A stretch of DNA of 64,000 nucleotides. It comes from Pseudomonadota bacterium. Lineage in GTDB: Bacteria; Desulfobacterota; Desulfobacteria; Desulfobacterales; RPRI01. The notes under the pieces were generated by a model. The model was not told where the DNA came from. It was given only the letters and a program-made list of their open reading frames with translations, and did not search any database. The stretch spans positions 64,001-128,000 of the forward strand of contig JBDRRF010000083.1 in the NCBI GenBank assembly GCA_043825875.1. The letters are read 5' to 3'. Below, one piece after another: positions 9,653-18,200 of the stretch (the first letter of the stretch is position 1; every line of letters begins with the position of its first letter). The position numbers and the translations under genes are program-made.

Positions 9653-10243
9653 ATGAGATATTGTGATTTAAATATCATGAGACAGGTTGCTATGAGCCTG
9701 TTAATCCTATTCGTAGTCTCCGGATGCGGCACAACGAATATTGTCAGAAATCTAAAAACGCTTCCAGACACATTTACGGCAACAACAAAACATCCTCAAA
9801 GGCTTGCACTAGTAATAGATAAAGAATATTTCTCCTATGAGATTTTTACTGCGCACACTTGGGTTGGAAATGAAAAATATATAATTCGTTCTCCAGCAGA
9901 TATGTTCTTCGAGTTATTAACGTTCAATTTTGAATCTGTAGAACTTTTCAATGATATGACTGAAATCAATAAGGAAAAGTTTGACCTGATTGCCAGAATG
10001 TCTATTGAGCAGAAATTGGCCAACTGGCACAAAGGATCTCAGAGTGGCTGTCCCATACCAAGCCTTTTCTTTACATTTACCTTTGAGGATATGGCAGGTA
10101 AATCTCGTTTTTCTACCCAGATCAGTTATAGAAGTTGTTCAAAGTATTTTAGCCTCATAAACGACCAGAAAACGACACAAAGCTTTGTCAGGGTATTTAC
10201 AAAACTGTCAGAAGAACTCAACTTGCAAACTTTTGATGATTAA
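9653..10243 (+). CDS. Lipoprotein, unknown function
   Basis: AGGAG RBS before ATG 9653; lipobox VSGC. Confidence 0.65.
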   Translation: MRYCDLNIMRQVAMSLLILFVVSGCGTTNIVRNLKTLPDTFTATTKHPQRLALVIDKEYFSYEIFTAHTWVGNEKYIIRSPADMFFELLTFNFESVELFNDMTEINKEKFDLIARMSIEQKLANWHKGSQSGCPIPSLFFTFTFEDMAGKSRFSTQISYRSCSKYFSLINDQKTTQSFVRVFTKLSEELNLQTFDD

Positions 10244-10255
10244 CAAAGAAAACGT

Positions 10256-10611
10256 GGGAAAGATGCATCATATAATTGTCAGGGGAATTGACAGGCAGAA
10301 AATATTTAAAAATGATGAAGACCGGAATCATTTTCTAAGCCGTCTGCGTATTATTCTGACAGAAACGAAAACAGATTGCTATGCATGGGCTCTTATCCCC
10401 AACCATTTTCATTTACTGCTAAGAACCGGCAACATTTCCATCTCAACGACAATGAGAAGGTTTTTGAGAAGGGGGACGAAAGGATTTTGGGAGATGGCGA
10501 ATTTGTTTAAAGTGTTCTTAAAGCTGCTAACGAGCAAAGGCAAATAAATATTTGCTTTTTGATAAATAAGTTTATAAGTGTAATACGTAACCTATCTTCC
10601 ACCTATCTTCC
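10256..10611 (+). mobile_element. Internally deleted non-autonomous copy of the RAYT element at 6454-7490
   Basis: Near-identical to ~6483-6685, ~7093-7173 and ~7428-7490 joined by two deletions; same 3' end AGTTTATAAGTGTAAT...CCTATCTTCC (duplicated here). Confidence 0.88.
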
Positions 10612-10645
10612 TCGACCGCTCAACCTTAGAAAAAGGAAATGATTA

Positions 10646-11575
10646 ATGCATATTTTAAAGTTGTCTCTTTATATAACCTTAATTCTGTTGTGCATCAGTA
10701 GTAATTTTGTTGTTGCCGGAAGTAACCAGCGGGGAAATCCCCCTGTAAAAGGAAAAGAAGCATTAAACGGTGAGATCGAGAAAAACAGTTTTCCAATTAT
10801 AGAGATGCAACCTGATACTTCAATATGCTTAGAGGCGTGCATAAGGCGCAATCAAATGGCTTCTGTAGGGTTTGCTATAATTCAGGAACAATGTCGATCA
10901 GAGTGCAATTTTGAGAGTACTCTTGCTCTATTGGAATCCTCTAACAAAGAAGATTATGCAAGAGGAGTAAAAGCCTTAACTGAGATGAACGATAACAGGG
11001 CGGTGATTCCTCTTATAATAGCTCTGAAAAAGGATTTAGAAGAAAGAACAGGCTTATGGGCATGGATAATTCCAGCACTTGGTTCTTTAGGAGATCCGGC
11101 GGCCACCTCAGTGCTAATACAAACATTAACCATAAACGATGATTATTGGCTTGGAAGAGAAATGTCAGCCAAAGCCTTGGGTAACATCGGTGACCCATCA
11201 GCTATTCAACCCTTACTTAGTGCTGCCTCACGGGCAGATACTCGTGATTCAGCCATAAAAGCTTTAGTTAATTTCCAGGATAAACGTGCAGTAAATATAT
11301 TTTTATCAGCCTTAGATCCAGAGGAAGAGGAGCAAACTCGTGAAGCAGCTATCAAAGGCCTTCACCTTCTGGGATCAATCGCAGTTCCCGAAATGATTGA
11401 GGCGTTTGCCTATTTCTCATCGGAACATCCAGAAACATCAAAACGGCTCGCTTTATGCCGCCTATTAGGTAATAGTGGGGATGAGCGAGCAATCAAGATG
11501 CTTCAGAAAAGCGTGACTGATCCTGATAAGATAATAACACAATGTGCAGAAGAATTTCTCCAAGTACAGAAATAG
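10646..11575 (+). CDS. Exported HEAT/PBS-lyase-repeat protein
   Basis: Signal peptide; repeats such as AKALGNIGDPSAIQPLL and ALGSLGDPAA. Confidence 0.8.
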   Translation: MHILKLSLYITLILLCISSNFVVAGSNQRGNPPVKGKEALNGEIEKNSFPIIEMQPDTSICLEACIRRNQMASVGFAIIQEQCRSECNFESTLALLESSNKEDYARGVKALTEMNDNRAVIPLIIALKKDLEERTGLWAWIIPALGSLGDPAATSVLIQTLTINDDYWLGREMSAKALGNIGDPSAIQPLLSAASRADTRDSAIKALVNFQDKRAVNIFLSALDPEEEEQTREAAIKGLHLLGSIAVPEMIEAFAYFSSEHPETSKRLALCRLLGNSGDERAIKMLQKSVTDPDKIITQCAEEFLQVQK

Positions 11576-11603
11576 AACCAAGGTGTCTGAGAATAGGTGA
11601 AAT

Positions 11604-12062
11604 ATGAAAAAGAAAACTATAGCGGGCCTTTTAGTTGCTTTTGTAATTTTCGTCTGTTTTGTTTTGTGGCTATTAACCGGAGTAAATGAAAAAGGGCACC
11701 AGACCAATGGAGGCGATTATGCAGAAAACCTTCGCCGTTCTAATCTTGCCATTTCTTTAAAGGTTGATGCTGAGGAGTACTATAAACAACACAAGCAATA
11801 CCCTCAAATCGCAGAACTCTACCCTTCTCCCGATATACTCTTAATTGATTATCTGAAATCAGGCGTGATTTCCTACGGTACAGATAAAACATCCTTTTGT
11901 GTACGCTATATTAATAGCGATCAACGTTTCCAAAGGCCTGGCCAAAAGTATGCTATGAGCTGGAATGGTAAGCAATACTGCAGCAAAAAGGAGCACCTAT
12001 TGGGTGTTTCAGAAGATTGGCAGGCAGATAGTGATGGTTTTTATATACACGATCTCCACTAG
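11604..12062 (+). CDS. Membrane-anchored hypothetical protein (pilin-like N-terminal helix)
   Basis: N-terminal TM segment; YYKQHKQYP resembles pilin/pseudopilin helix end; RBS present. Confidence 0.55.
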   Translation: MKKKTIAGLLVAFVIFVCFVLWLLTGVNEKGHQTNGGDYAENLRRSNLAISLKVDAEEYYKQHKQYPQIAELYPSPDILLIDYLKSGVISYGTDKTSFCVRYINSDQRFQRPGQKYAMSWNGKQYCSKKEHLLGVSEDWQADSDGFYIHDLH

Positions 12063-12073
12063 ACCGCCTTTCT

Positions 12074-13162
12074 TCAATAGCGACGGATCTCCCCGGTTTT
12101 ACAGTTTCTAGGCTTACGATCACTTCCCCATTTTGTGCAGTAACTTAATGAACCATCTCTGTTATAATTATATTGAAGGGTTGGTTCCCCTTTGAAGAAA
12201 TTAGTTTCTTTCGATGTCTGTCCATTGTCGTACCACTGCGCACTATCCCCATGTTGTATGCCGTCTGAATAAGTTGTGAATCTCATACGATAAACAGCGC
12301 CAGATTTCGATACCGAATAAATATCTTGTATCCCGTTACGCTTACCATTGGAATAATTTGTTCTCTGATTTGCATAAGAAAAATTATGCTCATTACTCCA
12401 AGCATAATTTGTTACGAGACCCTCGCGTTTTCCATTCACATACGCTTCTTCAAGCTTAAGATAACCATTCCCAAAATAAGCGCAATTTCTATATGTGTTG
12501 CCAGAAGTTTGACCATTTGGATATGCCCTAAACGAAGATCGGTTATCTGGTTTCATTTTAGGGCAACTGGAATAGTTGTCATTGCTCGCATTATTCCAAT
12601 TGCCGTCATAAGACTCTCTTTGAGAATCTTTTATGTCGGTTCCATTGGAAGATGCTACAAAGCTTTCATATGACATTGGATTTAAATGCTCCTCAGATGC
12701 CATTCCCCCTACAAGATCATTAAAGGAAGAGCCACTATATGACGCGTCGCTAGTCTGATGGTTCGTATTGTTATTTAAGTTTATATGCGGGTTAGGAGAG
12801 TTTTCACGCTCTTTAATTAGAACTTCAAGCTCAGGAAGCACCCTTATACGAAGGTCTGCTTTGACTTTTTGGGAAACATTAATATTATGCGTCATTGCCG
12901 CAACTTTTTGTTCTAATGTTATGTTACCCATAAGCATTATTTTCTCTGTCATCATTTTTTCGAACCGCTCACGACTGACAAACTTCCCCGGCACATCATC
13001 AAACCCTATGAACCAAAAAACATCAGGATTATTGGCTATATCATTATACATTTTGTACTGCGCTTTGAGCTCTTCCACTGACAAATTACTCTGCCCAAAG
13101 GCGGGCATGCTCAGAAGCAAAACAAAACAAACTAAACTTATGAGGTGGCTTTTTACACGCAT
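12074..13162 (-). CDS. Exported protein with C-terminal MORN-variant (YwqK-like) repeats
   Basis: Signal peptide ...SMPAFG; YVNGKREG, YSNGKRNG, YSDGIQHG...WYDNGQ repeats. Confidence 0.7.
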   Translation of the reverse strand: MRVKSHLISLVCFVLLLSMPAFGQSNLSVEELKAQYKMYNDIANNPDVFWFIGFDDVPGKFVSRERFEKMMTEKIMLMGNITLEQKVAAMTHNINVSQKVKADLRIRVLPELEVLIKERENSPNPHINLNNNTNHQTSDASYSGSSFNDLVGGMASEEHLNPMSYESFVASSNGTDIKDSQRESYDGNWNNASNDNYSSCPKMKPDNRSSFRAYPNGQTSGNTYRNCAYFGNGYLKLEEAYVNGKREGLVTNYAWSNEHNFSYANQRTNYSNGKRNGIQDIYSVSKSGAVYRMRFTTYSDGIQHGDSAQWYDNGQTSKETNFFKGEPTLQYNYNRDGSLSYCTKWGSDRKPRNCKTGEIRRY

Positions 13163-13485
13163 TAATTATTTCCTTTTTATAAAAACTGAGATGATCATCA
13201 AGAGCGCGACTTAGTGCGACCGGAAGCTGCCCATTGAGAAGGATAGGTTAATGCTGTTTTGCCTTTTGTCAAGTTGCAAGACGCGCCCAAAACCCGCTAT
13301 TGATATTTACAAAGGTGTATTATTGGCATTATTTAATCAGCTTGAACTATTTATCAAAACCTGAATTCATCCCTTTCAGAGAAAGCGTAAGATCTTCGAT
13401 TCTGCCCGAACTGAGTGTGCCCTCCTTGGGGGCAGTTTGGGGCCCTTTAGTTTTATAGTTAATCTCTGAAAACTTAGGCTTACAA

Positions 13486-13825
13486 ACTATTGATCTTCTG
13501 CCTGATAACATCGGTCGTTGCCGCCCGATGCGCTTTCGCTTCAGCCTTAGGATTCGGTGGCAGTTCCATCCTTTTCAGGATGGGCCTCGGTCCGACTTCC
13601 ATAGCCACAAACAATCGCTATTTCAGACAGGTCTCCCCGGATAAGAACGTGAACTTTCGCTACACAACCGCTGTACCCTATCTCCTGAATCCTGGGCTTC
13701 GTTATTTTGTGCTAACTTACCCGGAGACTGAGCCATATATGCTGTTTCTGTTCGTAGGCTCATAGCTTTGCACTTAGGGTTCCTTCAGACAACTCCTCAC
13801 GAGCCCTTGCCTTCGGTTAATATTT
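13486..13825 (-). mobile_element. Group IIC intron internal 5' remnant (domain I region, no RT)
   Basis: Plus-strand blocks typical of reversed IIC introns: CTCCCCGGATAAGAACGTGAACTTTC, TTTCTGTTCGTAGGCTC, CTTTGCAC, GCCCTTGCCTTCGG. Confidence 0.7.
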
Positions 13826-13857
13826 ATGCTCAGAAGAGATTGGTGTCACCCAGTAAA

Positions 13858-13943
13858 GGGTTATCAAACCTTGATTTGTGATTTAAGATAATAAAGGGCA
13901 AGGCAGTAATCACACAGATCAAGGTTTAACCCCAATTCCCAAT
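13858..13943. repeat. REPIN-like inverted pair of RAYT-type motifs
   Basis: AAACCTTGATTTGTG (13866-13880) / CACAGATCAAGGTTT (13913-13927) then AACCCC and CCCAATT-CCCAAT stutter. Confidence 0.6.
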
Positions 13944-14295
13944 ATGATTTATTGCAAATCTTATGGTTGTTAGCAAATCTCTTTATGTCCCCAAATCTGA
14001 TGACCAAATATTACATTCACCAAAATTTCTGCTCTATATAGCATTTTATTGGTTAACATTTTATTTGACACAATTAGCTATGAGAGCTAAAATAAATTAT
14101 ATGGTTGTGAATGGGTGCCCCGAATGAGCCTTTTAGCCAAATTCGCTTTATAAATCAAACGTACAAGTAGCGGAACGCTGAGCGATGGAATCTGGCACAG
14201 AAATTGTTTATATAATAAGCAGCGAATACATGAACAGCCACAAAAAGCATTCCTGGAACTCCAAAAAGCATCATCAATTAAAAGGAAAAAGTGTC

Positions 14296-15070
14296 ATGTA
14301 AAAAGCAATGTATTGCTTAGCGCTGATCACAACGGTTCCCTCTTTGTTTTTAATCAATGCCAGTCTGTTCGCGTCCGATATGGATGACCGCTGAATCAAC
14401 CGCAAAACAGTTTTATGTGTTCAAGACCTACCTCAAGGGTGATGATATTGACATCCAGGCCAAGGCTTGCGTTGTCACATTGACCGAGACTGTTCCCGAA
14501 GAAGCCCACATACAATTGGCCCGGGAGATCATGGATAACATGCCAGGAGTTAAAAGCGTTGCGAAAACTGTTAGCAAAAAGCGAAGTCCCTGCTGAGTTC
14601 TCGGAGGTGTGACCCGTTACCAATGTAAACACAACACTTTTGTTCCATCGGAACGTGAGCGCCGCCAAAACTGAGGTTTTCGCAAAAGATTGGACCGTCA
14701 CATTGCAGGGCGCGGTCTCCAGCGGGGCCTCAAAGAACCTGACGACTGAATACGCCCAGGATGTAGAAGATGTTAATAACGTTAAAATGAGCTGGCGGTT
14801 TTAAGTGCCAGAATGAGTCCAGAAAATAAAACGGTGGGTGAAAAGATGGATGCCGTGGTAGAATCGATTGATGATGCGTCCATCAACGCCATGATCAAGA
14901 CAACGTTGCTGTATCATCGCTCGACCAGCGCCCTTAAAACCACTGTCGAAACCAAAGAAGGCGGGAAGGCTGAAAAGAATTTGGCCACCAAACATACGAG
15001 TTATGTTCACGGTGTGAAGAGCATGATTAATAACATGACTATCGAGAGAACCAAGTCCAAAACCAAATAG
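14296..15070 (+). pseudogene. Multi-BON-domain (OsmY-like) protein, frameshifted
   Basis: Fragments ESTAKQFYVFKTYLKGDDIDIQ..VTLT..MPGVKSV and IDDASINAMIKTTLLYHRSTSALKT.VETKEG spread over several frames. Confidence 0.8.
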
Positions 15071-15074
15071 ACTG

Positions 15075-15200
15075 CCGGGGTTGGCGAGCAGTCATACGAT
15101 GGATGGGTTTATCCACGTTTTGCTTGTAATCGCAATTGTATTGGTTCTGATCAGAATCATTCAAAACCGGAAATTCCTTAACCACCCAGCTAATTTTTGA
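15075..15200 (+). pseudogene. lmo0937/DUF5670-like small membrane protein remnant
   Basis: GLASSHTMDGFIHVLLVIAIVLVLIRIIQ; N-terminus missing. Confidence 0.55.
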
Positions 15201-15224
15201 AATCAAGTCTGAAAGGAGAAACTC

Positions 15225-18200
15225 ATGACTCCTGAACGGAATACCGTTACGACGTTTATAAGATTTATAATCCGGCTGACAGGTTTTCAGATCGCCGTCT
15301 GCATGCGACAGTTTGAGCGTCCGGCGCGTGTGACATCGCTAATGACAGCGAGGGGCAACCATGTTTCGACATTGTGGCGACAGATAGCTCTTATCGCAGC
15401 GATTGTGTGTGTCTTTGTCGCTGGCCAAGTTCAGGGGAATGGCACGAATCCAACCGTGGTTGAGGGTCAGGCCGGCTTTTCCACTCAGGGTAGTACGCTA
15501 AGCATCACCAACAGCCCGGGGGCAATTATCCACTGGCAGGGGTTCTCAATCGATGCGAACGAAACCACACGCTTCATCCAGCAAAGCGCCGCTTCGAGCG
15601 TCCTCAATCGCGTCATCGGTTCCGATCCTTCGGTTATCCTCGGGACTCTCACATCAAACGGCCGGGTCTTCCTGATCAATCCCAGCGGCATCCTGGTCGG
15701 GCAGGGCGCACACATCGATGTAGCCGGGCTGGTAGCCTCAACTCTCAACCTGAGCAACCAGGACTTTCTCGCGGGTCGGCTCAATTTCGCCTCCAATCCG
15801 CTTGCCGGCACAGTGGAAAACCAGGGTAGTATCACCACGCCTTCGGGTGGCAGCGTCTATCTGGTCGGATCAAACGTCACCAACAGCGGCATCATAAGCA
15901 GCCCGCAGGGCGACGTGATCCTTGCCGCCGGCCAGTCGGCAAAGATTTTCGACTCCAGTACACCGGGGGTGAAGGTCGAACTCACAGCGAGCGATAACGC
16001 CGCCGTCAACCTCGGCGAGATCCTTGCACAAAGCGGGGAAATCGGCATTTACGGCGCTGCGCTGCGGAACGCTGGCATCATCAATGCCGACCAGGTGGTG
16101 CGGGACGCAAGCGGCAAACTCGTCCTGCGTGCAAAGCAGAGCGTGACCCTCGAAGCCGGCAGCCGTATCTGCGCCAACGGCGAGCTGGCCGGCGAGGTCA
16201 TGGTCCAGTCTGAATCTGGCACCACGCTGGTGTACGGCACAATCGAAGCCAAAGGCACTGGCACGGGACAGACCGGCGGCACAGTACGGGTGCTGGGTGA
16301 CAAGGTCGACCTGCTCGATCACGCTCATATTAATGTGTCCGGCAACGCCGGTGGCGGGACGGTGCTGGTCGGTGGCAATTTCCACGGTACCGGGCCGGAG
16401 CAAACCGCCTTTGCCGCCACAATTAGCGCCAACTCCAGCATCAACGCCGATGCGATCAATTCCGGCAACGGTGGCAGGATAGCTATCTGGTCGGACGGCG
16501 ACACCTCTGTGGCCGGCATGCTGACTGCGCACGGCGGAACGAATTCCGGCGATGGTGGTTTCATCGAAACCTCCGGTCACAACCTGTCGATTGCAGAAAG
16601 CACTCGTGTTAACACACTGGCTTCTCAAGGGAAGACTGGCACATGGCTGATCGATCCGCAGGACTTCACCGTAGCAGCGAGCGGCGGGGACATCACGGGG
16701 ACTGCGCTCTCCTCCAATATAGGGACGACTGATGTTGAAGTGCAAAGCAGCGGCGGGGGGACGCCGGGAAGCGGTAACGTGAACATTAATGACGCGGTGG
16801 CCTGGAGCGCGAACAATATCCTGACGCTCACCGCTTCCAACAACGTCAATATCAACGCCAACATTACAGCAACCGGTAACACAGCCGGCCTTGTCATCAA
16901 TCCAAATACCGCGAATGGAGCCGATTCAGCAAGTGGAACGGGCGTGTTCAATCTTAACGGTGCATCCATAACATTATCCGGGACCAGTCCGAGTCTGGCT
17001 ATCGCAGGCGCAAGCTATACCGTGATCAACGACCTGGGCTCTGCGGGTAGTACCACGGCCGCCGATCTGCAGGGGATGAGCGGCGACCGGACCGCCAACT
17101 ACGCCTTGGGCAGCAACATTAATGCTTCAGAAACCGCCAGCTGGAATGCTGGCATGGGTTTCACGCCAATTGGAAATTTGGCCACCCCTTTTACCGGCAT
17201 TTTCGACGGGCTGGGCCACACTGTATCCATGCTCACTATTAATCTGGCAACGCCCGATGTCGGACTGTTTGGGGTAACCGGGAGCGGCACCATCATTCGG
17301 AATGTGGGTCTGGTTGGCAGCAACATAACTGGCCTTGCAGGGACCGGCGCACTTGTTGGAAACAACGGGCCAGACACCTCTATCATCAATAGCTACAGCT
17401 CAGGAAGCGTGAGTGGTGCTGCCGGCACGGGCGGGTTGGTTGGAAGCAGCACGACAGGTTCAATCAGTAACAGTTATTCCACCAGTAGCGTGACTGGTGA
17501 CGCTGGCACCGGTGGACTGATAGGTAGCAATACATCGGGTGCGATTAGTAAAAGTTATGCCACTGGAGATGTGAGTGGCGCTGCCGGCGCGGGCGGGCTG
17601 GTTGGCAGCAACACGTCGGGTGTGATCAGCACCAGCTACGCTACTGGCAGCGTGAGCGGCGCTGCCGGCACAGGCGGACTGATCGGAAGCAACACTTCGG
17701 GCGCGATCAACAATAGCTACGCCACGGGCGGCGTGAACGGGGGGACGGGCGCTGGTGTCGGCGGCCTGATCGGGAGTAATACATCAGGCACCATTATGAA
17801 CAGTTATGCCGCTGGCGGTGTGAGCGGAACCGGTGCCAGCCGCGGAGCGCTCATCGGAAGCAGCAACGCCAACGTCGTCTCCAATAGCTACTGGGACAAA
17901 ACGACATCAATCGAGCAGAGTTCAGCGGGCGGCGGCATTGGCATGACCACCGCAGAGATGATGGCACAAGCCAATTTTACTTCGGCGACTACTGCAAACA
18001 GCCCCGACAATCCAGCATGGGACTTTGTCAATACCTGGACGATGTACGAAGGTATTACTTACCCACTGCTAAGTGATTTCATAACACCGCTTACGGTTAC
18101 GGCGAATAACGACGTCAAGACTTATGATGGACAATTGTATTCCGGCGGAAACGGTGTGACCTATTCCGCGCTGGTCAATGGCATTGCGCCCGCCGGCACC

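Noticed and set aside
14193..14207. Sigma54 promoter TGGCAC-N5-TTGT before the BON pseudogene
   Set aside because: The -12 GC is GT; at best a decayed site
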